A stretch of 41,873 nt of DNA. Source: a virus. Shown piece by piece: positions 21,386 to 30,411 of the stretch. The stretch lies in IMG/VR virus record IMGVR_UViG_3300046836_000283, positions 1-41,873 of that record; one strand, written 5' to 3'. Every line of letters starts with the position of its first letter. Position 1 is the stretch's first letter. The position numbers and the translations under genes are program-made. Under the pieces are notes generated by a model. That model had not been told where the DNA came from, did no database searches, and worked only from the letters and a program-made list of their open reading frames with translations.

Positions 21386-22360
21386 CTATCCGATCATCGT
21401 GACGATGGGGCCGTTGCGCACAGCCGTGGTGTAAGTAATGACAATGATGCCCTGCGCGCCACCAGCAGCGAGTCTGCCGGTTCCAAAGTTGCAGGCTCCG
21501 CCGCCGCCGCCATACAAACCGCCTACGCCGCCAAATATAACCGCTGTTGTGCCAGCCCCGCCACCACCACCACCACCACCGCCAGGGCCAGCTACCGCAC
21601 TATTGCTGGTCTGAACATAACCAACGCCTGCGCCACCGGCTCCGCCCGCACCACCTGAGGCACCGCCGCCACCGCCACCACCAGAACCGTGCGAGCCGGT
21701 GCCGCCGGTTGAACCACTGGCGCCTCCCGTTCCGCCTGCGGTGCTATCATGTGCGGTTCCACCCGCACCGCCAATCAAGCTACCAGCAACACTGGCGGCA
21801 GTATTGCCAGCACCGCCACCGTCCGATGCACCCCCACCGTTTGCATTGGCACTTGCGCCAGCGTTGCTTGCCGCTCCCACCGCTCCTGCACCATTTGGAC
21901 CACCTGCACCACCGCCGCCGCCGCCGCCAAAACCCGCAGCGACCGTGAAAGCCGCGCCATCACCGCCCGAGTGCGCGCCCGTTGTTGGTGTGCAGGCTGA
22001 AGCAAGGCCACCAGCGCCCTTAGTATTCCCTGCCGCCCGACCGCCGCCGCCAGCTTTAGCAACAACAGTGTTAGAAGTGGTATCGAAGATAGTGTCTGTG
22101 CCAGCGCCACCGTTGGCACCGGTTGCTCCAGCCGCACCGCCTTGGCCGATCTGGATGTTGATAACGCTCGACGGCGTAAGAGTGACATTTGGCTTCACTG
22201 CGTAAGCACCGCCGCCGCCGCCAGACGAGTCAAAAGAGCCGACGTTATTGTTCGAACCACCAGCACCACCGCCGCCAATGCACTCGACCGTATTGGCCGC
22301 CGAGTTCCAGTCACTTGGAACGGTCCACGTCGTGCCGCTGGTGAGGAATACGACGGCCAT
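21386..22360 (-). CDS. Glycine-rich domain tail protein
   Basis: VFLTSGTWTVPSDW...IGGGGAGG...IIVITY is the typical phage glycine-rich-domain architecture. Confidence 0.6.
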   Translation of the reverse strand: MAVVFLTSGTTWTVPSDWNSAANTVECIGGGGAGGSNNNVGSFDSSGGGGGAYAVKPNVTLTPSSVINIQIGQGGAAGATGANGGAGTDTIFDTTSNTVVAKAGGGGRAAGNTKGAGGLASACTPTTGAHSGGDGAAFTVAAGFGGGGGGGAGGPNGAGAVGAASNAGASANANGGGASDGGGAGNTAASVAGSLIGGAGGTAHDSTAGGTGGASGSTGGTGSHGSGGGGGGGASGGAGGAGGAGVGYVQTSNSAVAGPGGGGGGGGGAGTTAVIFGGVGGLYGGGGGACNFGTGRLAAGGAQGIIVITYTTAVRNGPIVTMIG

Positions 22361-23146
22361 CTAGCTCCACGTCACGGCAAGCGACAGCAGCGCATCTGTC
22401 GGGCTGCCGGTCGCTGATGTGATCACTGCGGTGATGCGCTGGCCTGCTGTGAAGGTGTTCGCCGCCGTTGCATTGGTGGTCGCAGGTGTTGCACTGCTCA
22501 CTGCCACTGCGCTCAGTCCTGTCACGTTGGTGCCGTTGATCTGGATCGCGACGCTGAACGAGCCGTTGCCGGTGAAGTAGGTCAGCGCATTGACGGTGCC
22601 GTTATATGGTGCGTCGTAGGCCAGCCAGACGGTGTCGTTGCTGACAATGGCGCCGGTCACCCACTGGGCTTGCAGGCGTGCCGTGTTGCGGGAAGTGGCT
22701 GGCGTGCCTGGAACGCCCTGCGGGCCTTGCGGCCCTGTGGCACCCGTTGGGCCGGTGGCACCTGTCGCGCCGGTCGCTCCAGCGGCTCCGGCGGCGCCAG
22801 TAGACCCGGTCGGTCCTGCCGGTCCAGTAGGCCCTGCCGGTCCTGTGGCCCCCGTAGGCCCCGTTGGTCCTGGTGGCCCCCCTGATGGCCCAACCGGCCC
22901 TTGAGGCCCTGGAGGGCCCTGCAAGGTGTCTGGCAAGCCATCTGAGATGTAACTGAGCAGCGCGCTCGCAGCGAACCGCCCGGACCCTGCCTTCTCGCCA
23001 ACCACCGAGGAGCTATCGTTCACAGCGCCGAGGTCTGGCATGTCCGCGATACGAACACCGCCGCTGAACGGCACATCAGTGCTGGCCGGCGTCCTGACCT
23101 CTATCGTCATCCCGGCAGGCAACACAACCGGCGTGATCACCGTCAT
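22361..23146 (-). CDS. Collagen-like tail fibre
   Basis: More than 30 uninterrupted G-X-Y triplets ([32 protein letters not shown]...). N-terminal anchor shared with the tailspike. Confidence 0.75.
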   Translation of the reverse strand: MTVITPVVLPAGMTIEVRTPASTDVPFSGGVRIADMPDLGAVNDSSSVVGEKAGSGRFAASALLSYISDGLPDTLQGPPGPQGPVGPSGGPPGPTGPTGATGPAGPTGPAGPTGSTGAAGAAGATGATGATGPTGATGPQGPQGVPGTPATSRNTARLQAQWVTGAIVSNDTVWLAYDAPYNGTVNALTYFTGNGSFSVAIQINGTNVTGLSAVAVSSATPATTNATAANTFTAGQRITAVITSATGSPTDALLSLAVTWS

Positions 23147-23685
23147 GGAATGCGGCCCTCGAGCACAATCACGCTGTCATCATCGGTCAGCACGGGCGGT
23201 GTCGGATCGGTCAGCAGGATGACCGGCGCCCCGATGGCACGCGGAATGCTGTAGGCCAGATGCAGATGCCCCTCGGCCAGCAGGTCGGTGCCACCGCCGC
23301 CGTCATAGTCGAGCTGCAGGGCGTAGGCGCAGCGGCGCGGCCAGCCTGCCATGGTGGCGGTGGGGAAGCTGATGTCGAACGCCCCGAGTGCATCGGAGAT
23401 GACACCGGTCCCCACCCACAGCACGGTCTGCGGGCATTGCGGCCAGTGCCAGTAGGCACCGTAGTCCCACGACGAGCGGCCGTGCTGATCCGGCCAGACG
23501 AGCATTTGCAGCGCCGGACCGCCGATGCCGCCGGTCAGGTCGATGCCCTGGGCGCAGACGCTGTCGCTGTCGACCACGGTGACGCGCAGGAATAGGCTGT
23601 CGGCGCGTCCGAGCACCAGGTCGCGGCGCGGGATGTGGACCGGCGAGGTGCGCATGTAGGGCACTGTCATGGCGAATGAGGGCAT
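23143..23685 (-). CDS. Hypothetical tail-module protein (180 aa)
   Basis: ATGA overlap with the collagen-like fibre gene. Confidence 0.55.
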   Translation of the reverse strand: MPSFAMTVPYMRTSPVHIPRRDLVLGRADSLFLRVTVVDSDSVCAQGIDLTGGIGGPALQMLVWPDQHGRSSWDYGAYWHWPQCPQTVLWVGTGVISDALGAFDISFPTATMAGWPRRCAYALQLDYDGGGGTDLLAEGHLHLAYSIPRAIGAPVILLTDPTPPVLTDDDSVIVLEGRIP

Positions 23686-23694
23686 GCTGTGCTC

Positions 23695-23730
23695 CTACCG
23701 GCGGTTGGGTTCGATCGGCTGCATGTCCAT
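23695..23730 (-). pseudogene. Truncated duplicate of the start of gene 23919-24110 (MDMQPIEPNRR-stop)
   Basis: Lies in the 57-nt direct repeat 23711-23767 = 24091-24147 and stops after 11 codons. Confidence 0.4.
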
Positions 23731-23767
23731 GTCAGACACCACTGACCGCAGCCCATGTGCCGCCGCC
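23711..23767. repeat. Direct repeat copy A (matches 24091-24147)
   Basis: 30 identical nt (tcgatcggctgcatgtccatgtcagacacc), then 23 further identical nt after a 4-nt divergent patch. Confidence 0.85.
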
Positions 23768-23935
23768 AGCCGACACGTAAAGTCGTGAGCCAACGGGCGG
23801 TCCAGGCACTCCCTGTGCGCCAGGTGGTCCGCGCCAGCCGTCGCCCGTGGGATCGCACGGCACGTCAGCCGGCTGCGGGAAGCCGATGAACACCGGGCCG
23901 CCGGGGATGCTCACACCGTCAGGCATTGTCGGCAT
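23732..23935 (-). CDS. Mini-fibre: short collagen-like segment fused to the conserved fibre C-terminus
   Basis: GWRGPPGAQGVPGPPVGSRLYVSAGGGTWAAVSGV. The C-terminus parallels GATLYVSRGGGTWAAVAGV of the 551-aa fibre. Confidence 0.45.
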   Translation of the reverse strand: MPTMPDGVSIPGGPVFIGFPQPADVPCDPTGDGWRGPPGAQGVPGPPVGSRLYVSAGGGTWAAVSGV

Positions 23936-24110
23936 CCTCCATGGCGAACCGTGGCTGCGACTGCTGCTGTAGCTGCTGCATCAGCGCGTCGATGATGGGG
24001 CGCACCACGCGATGCTGGCCCATGTCCAGATGCTGCATCACAGCGTTCCACTGCTCGGCGGTGAGCGTGGCGGAGAGTTGGCGCGATGGCTCGATCGGCT
24101 GCATGTCCAT
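23919..24110 (-). CDS. Small Gln-rich protein, possible fibre assembly chaperone (63 aa)
   Basis: The ATG at 24110 is 1 nt after the fibre stop. MDMQPIEPSRQLSATLTAEQWNAVMQHLDMGQH... Confidence 0.5.
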   Translation of the reverse strand: MDMQPIEPSRQLSATLTAEQWNAVMQHLDMGQHRVVRPIIDALMQQLQQQSQPRFAMEDADNA

Positions 24111-24147
24111 GTCAGACACCCGCCACCGCAGCCCATGTGCCGCCGCC
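24091..24147. repeat. Direct repeat copy B (matches 23711-23767)
   Basis: As above, offset by 380 bp. Confidence 0.85.
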
Positions 24148-25767
24148 GCGTGAGACGTAGAGTGTAGCTCCTACTGCGCCGCCTACCCGTGAGTAGAGCG
24201 AGCCGACCGGCTGTGTGGATGCGGGCGCTGCGCTGCCGGTGGTCCAAGACGGACCAGCGCCACCACCGATGAAAAGAGCACCGGTATTGACCACCAATCC
24301 GCCCGCATTAAAGTATCCAATGATGCTGCTGCCAGAATAGAACAGATGGGCAGAACTGACGACATAATTCACACCTGAACTGGTAACAGTAATACCAGCG
24401 CCGCCGCCCCAAAGATCGATGTGTTTGCTGAAGTCGTTGTATGCCGAGGCGTTCTGAGAGCCAAAATGCAAACCGCCAACATTACAGTTGATACCGCCAG
24501 CATTACAGCTAATTGCGGCACTCACATGCAATCCGTTGGTATCAAATGATGCTACGTTCGTCCCAGCACAGTAAATCGTATGCCCCGAGCCGCTGATATA
24601 GTTCAGACTGCCTGGAGTAACACTGAACCCAGCATAACCACCGCCATAAAGTTCGATGTGGCGCGACAGATCGGTGGGGCCGCCTGAAGCCGTCGTCGAT
24701 CCGAAATGCAAACCGCCGTTCATTGTGCCGCCCGCTGCGGTCAGCAGTCCGGTGCCATCCACGCTGAACCCGATGGAGTTTAGAAATTGACCGCTGAATG
24801 TGACGTGGCTGAAGTCAATACCGGACAGTGCGGTTCGCGCCGGTCCCCCTGTGCTGCCGACCCCAGGATCGGCATAGATCATAATCCCCTGCGTTGGGTT
24901 CATCGGCCACCAGCCATTTGGTCCGCTGAACACCAGCCCCCGCCGCCACCCATTTGACAGCGGACTATCCGGGCTGATCCCCACCGAATAGGCATAGCTC
25001 GGCTCGCTCGACTCAACAGCGTCGTTGCCTTGCAGTGTTGCCTGATAGGCTCCCTTAGTGACCGATGAACTGCCGGGTTGCATGGAGACATCTACTTCCA
25101 GCCCTGCGACCCCTGCGAGGTATTTGGCGTTGCCGGTAGCAACTGACGTGAAGTTGGCACCAAAGATCACGCCGCCATAAGTTGTGCTCGTGCCGCCGAG
25201 TGTGCCGTTCGCCTCCGCATTAAGACACAGCCCTTGATGCCAGTTAAAATTGCTTGGACCGTCAGTCGTGTTCCCGACAACAAAGCTAATCTGCTGTGCG
25301 ATACGAGGCCCTTTGGTGCCGCTGCAATTATAATAGTTCGCCACATGCGCAACCGAGTTGGCATTCGGCGCCTGCACGCTGTCGGTTCCGAGGAACAGAT
25401 TGAACTGCGGCTGGCCGCTGTCCGTGATCGTGCCGCTGTACTGGCCATTGATCTGCACTGATTGGCCGCCGTGCGTAGCGTAGGTCGGATTGTTCGCCAC
25501 ATAGAGCGGCGTGGAACCGTCGAACAGCGTTGGACTGCCGCCCTGCGTGCCGAACGATGCACGCCACGCTTCGACGTTGCCATGGGTCAGGATGTTGCCC
25601 GTCACTGTGCCACCGGTCAGCGGCAGGAACGGGCCTCCGGGCGGCATCGGACCCGCAGGCCCAACCGGTCCAGGCGGCCCCATAGGACCAGGCGGGCCGA
25701 CCCACGACGCCGGATCAGGCGGCCCGGAGGCCGTGCTATAATCGGAATAATTGAGACGATAGGCCAT
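24112..25767 (-). CDS. Tail fibre with N-terminal collagen-like segment (551 aa)
   Basis: [17 protein letters not shown] near the N-terminus, then a Gly/Thr/Ser-rich beta-type repeat body. Confidence 0.7.
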   Translation of the reverse strand: MAYRLNYSDYSTASGPPDPASWVGPPGPMGPPGPVGPAGPMPPGGPFLPLTGGTVTGNILTHGNVEAWRASFGTQGGSPTLFDGSTPLYVANNPTYATHGGQSVQINGQYSGTITDSGQPQFNLFLGTDSVQAPNANSVAHVANYYNCSGTKGPRIAQQISFVVGNTTDGPSNFNWHQGLCLNAEANGTLGGTSTTYGGVIFGANFTSVATGNAKYLAGVAGLEVDVSMQPGSSSVTKGAYQATLQGNDAVESSEPSYAYSVGISPDSPLSNGWRRGLVFSGPNGWWPMNPTQGIMIYADPGVGSTGGPARTALSGIDFSHVTFSGQFLNSIGFSVDGTGLLTAAGGTMNGGLHFGSTTASGGPTDLSRHIELYGGGYAGFSVTPGSLNYISGSGHTIYCAGTNVASFDTNGLHVSAAISCNAGGINCNVGGLHFGSQNASAYNDFSKHIDLWGGGAGITVTSSGVNYVVSSAHLFYSGSSIIGYFNAGGLVVNTGALFIGGGAGPSWTTGSAAPASTQPVGSLYSRVGGAVGATLYVSRGGGTWAAVAGV

Positions 25768-25788
25768 GAGGAGCGTGCTCCACTGGTG

Positions 25789-26433
25789 TTAGAAGTACGC
25801 GGTCGACACCGTCTCGCCGCTGCTGGGCAGTGCGATGTAGCGGTAGATCGCCACCATCGCGTCCTGGGTATCGCGTGGGTCGGTATCGCCACCGAACAGC
25901 GGTGCCAGCGCATCGGCCGCCAGCGTGGCGTACGGGTCGGCCAGAGGGTCTGGAATATCGAGCGAGGTCCACCGAGCAATGCCGCGCATCACCAGATCGT
26001 CGTGGACATTCGTCACCGCCTGCTGCGCGTTGGTGTCGGCCGAAAGCACCATGGCACCCTTGCGGATGCGCGCCTCGAGCAGCGCGACGATCGCCGGGTC
26101 GATGGATTTGCCGAAGGACGACCCCGCCATCGCCGCGGTGAGCTTGGTGTACTCCTCGACGAACGCGCGCGGGACGCTGCCGACCGGCCACCACACCACG
26201 CCCTGCGCATCGAGCGCCGCATGCACGCTCGACACCTTGTCGCGCATGAAGTCCATGTCGGACGGGATGGGCGTTTCATCCGAGGCGATGACGCCCAGTT
26301 CGATCAGGGCACCAATCGCGACGGTGTCGAATGAAACCATCTCGGTGAGGGTGGGTGAGTCATCGAGCGGCACCACGCGCACGCCAAGACGACGCAGGGC
26401 AATCTGCGCAATGGTGCCGACCGATGTCGTCAT
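25789..26433 (-). CDS. Putative head-tail adaptor/connector protein (214 aa)
   Basis: Call rests on position between the head decoration gene and the fibre genes. Confidence 0.4.
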   Translation of the reverse strand: MTTSVGTIAQIALRRLGVRVVPLDDSPTLTEMVSFDTVAIGALIELGVIASDETPIPSDMDFMRDKVSSVHAALDAQGVVWWPVGSVPRAFVEEYTKLTAAMAGSSFGKSIDPAIVALLEARIRKGAMVLSADTNAQQAVTNVHDDLVMRGIARWTSLDIPDPLADPYATLAADALAPLFGGDTDPRDTQDAMVAIYRYIALPSSGETVSTAYF

Positions 26434-26434
26434 C

Positions 26435-27217
26435 TCAGGCCACCACGACGCCGACTGACGGAGGCGCTGCCGCCGAGCCTGCCGCGTTGGTCGCAGTCAC
26501 GGTGCAGGTAGCGTTCTTACCGACATCGCCGGCCTGCACGTCGTAGGTCGCAGCGTCGCTGCCGGCTGCCGCGTCGTCGAGCTTCCAGGCGTAGCTGTAG
26601 GACGTGGGCTCGCCCGACCATTCGCCCTGCGTGCAGTTCAGCGTCGTGCCGCTCTGCGTGACCTGCGGCACGGTGGTGTTGGTAGGCGCCGTAGCACCGC
26701 CTCCACCGCCCTCTGGAGGCGGCGGTGTGGCCTCGTTGCCGGTGAGGATGCCAGCGGCCAGGGAGGTCATCCGGGTGGCCTTGCTGGAGATTGGCGGCGC
26801 GTTGCTTCTGGCACGCTCCGGCGGCGGCTCCAGCGGTGCCATCGGCGGCGGTCCGCTTGGGTTCTGCGGATCGAGGCCCACCGCAGCAAGGCCCTCGTCG
26901 CGGACCATCTGGTTCTCCTCGATGGTGCCGGCAGCGCCGCCGCGCGCTCCGAGACCGGCCTCGGAGTTGTAGTCGAGGATGATCTGCGCGCCGATGCTGC
27001 TGACCGCCTGCGCCTCCTTGCGCTCGGCCTCCATCTTCTGATCGACGGCCGGTGCGGCACGCGCCTCCGATGGTGGGCGCCAGCCCGGCTGACCTGGCTC
27101 CGGTGGTCCTGCCGGATACCCGGCCCGCTGCTCACCTGGCCCGGGCGGTGGGAGTTGCGACTGCTGGCTGGGATGCACGCCATGCATCTCGCCGTGCTGG
27201 TTCTTGTCACTCGGCAT
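26435..27217 (-). CDS. Head decoration-type protein with C-terminal Ig-like domain
   Basis: LNCTQGEWSGEPTSYSYAWKLDDAAAGSDAATYDVQAGDVGKNATCTVTATNAAGS is an Ig-like repeat. AGGAGA lies upstream of the ATG at 27217. Directly downstream of the capsid gene. Confidence 0.6.
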   Translation of the reverse strand: MPSDKNQHGEMHGVHPSQQSQLPPPGPGEQRAGYPAGPPEPGQPGWRPPSEARAAPAVDQKMEAERKEAQAVSSIGAQIILDYNSEAGLGARGGAAGTIEENQMVRDEGLAAVGLDPQNPSGPPPMAPLEPPPERARSNAPPISSKATRMTSLAAGILTGNEATPPPPEGGGGGATAPTNTTVPQVTQSGTTLNCTQGEWSGEPTSYSYAWKLDDAAAGSDAATYDVQAGDVGKNATCTVTATNAAGSAAAPPSVGVVVA

Positions 27218-27266
27218 ATCTGGTCTCCTAGAAGTATAGCGCAAGAAATAGCTGATGATCACACAG

Positions 27267-28376
27267 TTATGCGTCAGCTACAGCCGCACTCCAAACTGTG
27301 ACCACGCCGTTGTCCACTGGTTTTGTTGTATCAACAGTGGGATCAACACCAAAGCGGAGCTTCTGCACGCCGCGGATCTCCTCCACGCCAACGCCGTTGA
27401 AGAACCCATAGTCGCGTCGGTTCTCGATCACTTTGGTGCGCTGAGCCCAGGCAATGCCGATCGCCTGCGCGCCGCAGAGATACGACGCAGCGACATCGGT
27501 GGTGCCCCCAGAGCCAGCGCCCGCCAGCACCGGCAGTTCAGGGATTTCGCGGATGATGACGCCGTCGTAGAGGATGTCACCAGCGGTGAACAACGGATTG
27601 TCGGAGCCGCGGTTCCAGGCATATTGCAGGGCGTTGATGATGACCGGATCGAGCATCAGGTCGCGAAACGCCATGCTAGGCACGAACATCACGTACCACT
27701 CCTCATCCCGGCTGACCCTGATCGGCCGGATCTTGGGCGTGGCGGTGCGCGCGATCCGCTTGGCCAGCGTGACCTGGGCGGCGGTCAGCTTGTCGGCGGT
27801 GTTGTCGACGTTGGTCAGCGAGGTGGCATAGACGCCAGTGTTGTTGGATTTGCTGGCACCAAACAGCACGCGATCGGAGTTGTTCACCAGCCAGGTGTTG
27901 CGCTGTGCTGCGGTGGCCGCCGCGTAGGTGATCTGCACATTGCCGTCTGCCGTGATGGCACCGAGCGATGTGATGATGTCGGCCCTGAGCTTGTTGGCGG
28001 CCCAGTTCTTGAGCACCTGGCGACCGGCCTGGAGCAGATCGATGATGCTCTTCTGCTCGTCCCATTCACTGACCGCGACCGCGTGGCGGATGACGCCGAC
28101 GGTGACGTTCAGCGAGCGGGCGTTCAGTATCTCCTCGTTGCCCTCGAGCACCGTGTTGCCCGTTACGCCGGCGCCGACCAGATTGCGCACGGTGGGGAAG
28201 ACGACGGTGTCGCCTCGTTTGCGCGTAAGATCCGTCTGTAATTGGATCATCGCGTCCATTGTGGTGCCGAAATAAACGCTGAATTGATTTTCGCGCAAGT
28301 ACTCGACCCAGAAATCACTTTGCCAAATTATTGGCGTTAGTCCTGGTCTACTCGGCGTGACATTCATGTCGGCCAT
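27267..28376 (-). CDS. Major capsid protein (N4 gp56 / DUF4043-like)
   Basis: 369 aa, downstream of the scaffold gene. The N-terminus TPIIWQSDFWVEYLRENQFSVYFG and the overall pattern resemble the DUF4043 capsid family. Confidence 0.75.
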   Translation of the reverse strand: MADMNVTPSRPGLTPIIWQSDFWVEYLRENQFSVYFGTTMDAMIQLQTDLTRKRGDTVVFPTVRNLVGAGVTGNTVLEGNEEILNARSLNVTVGVIRHAVAVSEWDEQKSIIDLLQAGRQVLKNWAANKLRADIITSLGAITADGNVQITYAAATAAQRNTWLVNNSDRVLFGASKSNNTGVYATSLTNVDNTADKLTAAQVTLAKRIARTATPKIRPIRVSRDEEWYVMFVPSMAFRDLMLDPVIINALQYAWNRGSDNPLFTAGDILYDGVIIREIPELPVLAGAGSGGTTDVAASYLCGAQAIGIAWAQRTKVIENRRDYGFFNGVGVEEIRGVQKLRFGVDPTVDTTKPVDNGVVTVWSAAVADA

Positions 28377-28438
28377 TGCCGAACACTCCTATACTTGGAT
28401 TGATCTTGCTCCTTTCGCTGGATCACGCCCGGTATAGG

Positions 28439-28520
28439 CTCGGCGGCAGCCACGTACGCCCGTTAAATCGGTCGGCGGCACCTGGGTAAGCACGAACGCC
28501 CGTAACCTCGGCGGCAGGAA
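28439..28520. repeat. Imperfect ~35-bp tandem repeat (2.3 units) in the capsid / HNH intergenic region
   Basis: CGGCGGCA occurs at 28441, 28473 and 28509. ACGCCCGT(T)AA occurs at 28455 and 28495. Confidence 0.5.
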
Positions 28521-28646
28521 AATATGCGTGGCGTATGCGCTTCTAAGCTGCTTTCGCTGGACATATTTTGTGGTAGAAGGGCGAGGCCCAGGCCGCTTGC
28601 AGGCGGTTGACTGGGCCTCTGACCACCGAGTGAGGAAACCACCCAG

Positions 28647-29210
28647 ATGGCTAAATCTTACGTTACAGACCTAACGGCAGAGCAGCTACGCGCGTTGCTC
28701 CACTACGATCCCGATACCGGCTTCTTCCGGTGGCACGAAGGGATCGACCATTGGCGAGCAGGCTTGCCGGCAGGGACGCTCTATAAGCAGAGGCCGAACG
28801 GCCCCAAGCGTGTTGCGATCGGCATCGGCACCACGTCAGAAGAGAAATACAAGGTCATCGGCGTTCGCAAGCGTGTCTATAAGGCGCACAGGTTGGCGTG
28901 GCTCTATGTCTACGGCGAATGGCCAGATGGCCAGATCGACCACATCAACGGCGACCCCACCGACAACCGTATCGTCAATCTGCGCTTAGCTACTCTAGCT
29001 GAGAACTCCAGAAATCGCGGCCTGCGCGCAGACAACACGTCGGGCATCAAAGGCGTTTCTTGGTCCAAGAAGAGCAATAGATGGCTAGCACACTTGGGAC
29101 ACAACGGAAGACTGCTCCACCTTGGCCTGTTCGACACTATCGAGGAAGCCAGAGCGGTTCGTGAAGAAGCCGCACGGCGCCTACAAGGCCAATTCTACCG
29201 AGCCACGTAA
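28647..29210 (+). CDS. HNH homing endonuclease with AP2-type DNA-binding domain (copy 1)
   Basis: GQIDHINGDPTDNRIVNLRLATLAENSRN (HNH_3) plus SGIKGVSWSKKSNRWLAHLGHNGRLLHLGLFDTIEEARAVREEAA (AP2). Antisense between the scaffold and capsid genes. Confidence 0.85.
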   Translation: MAKSYVTDLTAEQLRALLHYDPDTGFFRWHEGIDHWRAGLPAGTLYKQRPNGPKRVAIGIGTTSEEKYKVIGVRKRVYKAHRLAWLYVYGEWPDGQIDHINGDPTDNRIVNLRLATLAENSRNRGLRADNTSGIKGVSWSKKSNRWLAHLGHNGRLLHLGLFDTIEEARAVREEAARRLQGQFYRAT

Positions 29211-29223
29211 TGCCCCTGCACCA

Positions 29224-30096
29224 CTAGTAGCGCACCTGCCCGCTGCCGTTCGTGTTGCGTCTGTTCTGTACCGGCGCGAGCACGTCCTCGAGGCTCGGTT
29301 CGCCGGACCACGCCCCCGCCGTGCGCCCTGCGACGCTGCGGGCGGTGCCAAGCGATGGCTGCATGCCGGCGGCGGGTGATGGGACGGGCGCCGGCTTGGC
29401 TTCCTGCTCCCACTGTGCGCGGCCCTCGGCCAGTATCTTCTCGCGGTATGCGGCCGGATCGTCCCCGACATCGCGCACCAGGCGCAGGCGATCGACCTCG
29501 CGGGTGAGCCAGGCATAGGGGTGCGGCTGGCTGTAGAGCTTGCCGAACAGCGTCGGGTCGGCGTTCGCCAGGTTGCGGAACTCCTGCACGTACTCGGACA
29601 ATTTCTCTTGCCCGATCTTATCCGCCAGCATCATCTCGGAGTTGTTCAACCGCTCGTTGAGCAGCGCGGCCTGTTGCTGCTGGACGAGATGCTGGGCGAA
29701 GCCGCGGGGGTCGGCGGCAGGGTCTGGCGGCGGCTGTGGTGGTGCTTGTTGCTGCGGCGGCGGAGCTGTGGCGCGGCGTTGGGCGTCCTCGAACTGACGC
29801 TGCAGCTCCTTGTGCTTGGTTTCGGCCTCGACCGCACGCGCTTTCCAATCCTGCCGCTTCCGCCGCTCGTCCTCGTAGGCGCGGCGCGGGATGACCGGCT
29901 CGCCCTCGAGCGCTTCCGGTGGGTCGGTGTCCTCCTCGGGCTCCGGCTTGGCTGCGGCGGGCTTGGCGGCCGGTTCGGCCTTTGCCTCGGGCTTCGGCGC
30001 CGGCGCCTCTGGCGCTGCCTGCGGGGCCTCTGGCGGGGCTTCGGTGACGGTCGCGGTCTCGCCCTTGAGGAACGACTCAAGTTGCTCGTTGGCCAT
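29224..30096 (-). CDS. Scaffolding protein
   Basis: Acidic, Ala/Pro/Glu/Lys-rich and coiled-coil, positioned upstream of the capsid gene. Confidence 0.65.
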   Translation of the reverse strand: MANEQLESFLKGETATVTEAPPEAPQAAPEAPAPKPEAKAEPAAKPAAAKPEPEEDTDPPEALEGEPVIPRRAYEDERRKRQDWKARAVEAETKHKELQRQFEDAQRRATAPPPQQQAPPQPPPDPAADPRGFAQHLVQQQQAALLNERLNNSEMMLADKIGQEKLSEYVQEFRNLANADPTLFGKLYSQPHPYAWLTREVDRLRLVRDVGDDPAAYREKILAEGRAQWEQEAKPAPVPSPAAGMQPSLGTARSVAGRTAGAWSGEPSLEDVLAPVQNRRNTNGSGQVRY

Positions 30097-30126
30097 GGTG
30101 ATGTCCTGTGGTGACCCCTGGGGGGA

Positions 30127-30411
30127 TTAGTCGTGCTGCAACTCACTCGGCAGCGGCGGCAGCGTGCGGGCGCCGGGTCGCAGCGGTTGTGGTGGTCGTT
30201 GGCGTGGTTCCGGTGGTGGCACCTCGCCGGGCTGCTGCCGCATCTTCGGCAGGTGCAGCGCCTGCGTCTGCTTGGTGACGCTGTATTTGCTGCGCCCCAG
30301 CAGGCGCCCGATCAGCACGGGCCCCATGCCGTTCTCCCACATGCGGCGCAGCGTGGTGCGCTCCTCGTCCGTCCAGGGGACGCTGACCACGTGCTTCATG
30401 CTGGCTGGCAT
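30127..30411 (-). CDS. GcrA-like (cell-cycle regulator N-terminal domain) DNA-binding protein
   Basis: VPWTDEERTTLRRMWENGMGPVLIGRLLGRSKYSVTKQTQALHLPK parallels GcrA SWTDERVELLKKLWSEGLSASQIAAQLGGVSRNAVIGKVHRLKL. GGAGAG Shine-Dalgarno sequence. Confidence 0.5.
   Translation of the reverse strand: MPASMKHVVSVPWTDEERTTLRRMWENGMGPVLIGRLLGRSKYSVTKQTQALHLPKMRQQPGEVPPPEPRQRPPQPLRPGARTLPPLPSELQHD

Noticed and set aside
22690-22900. Nucleotide-level tandem repeat, or a plus-strand ORF (22632..22904, 22670..22885) rich in GP/VAP
   Set aside because: The periodicity is the 9-nt G-X-Y codon pattern of the minus-strand collagen-like fibre. The plus-strand ORFs are antisense shadows.
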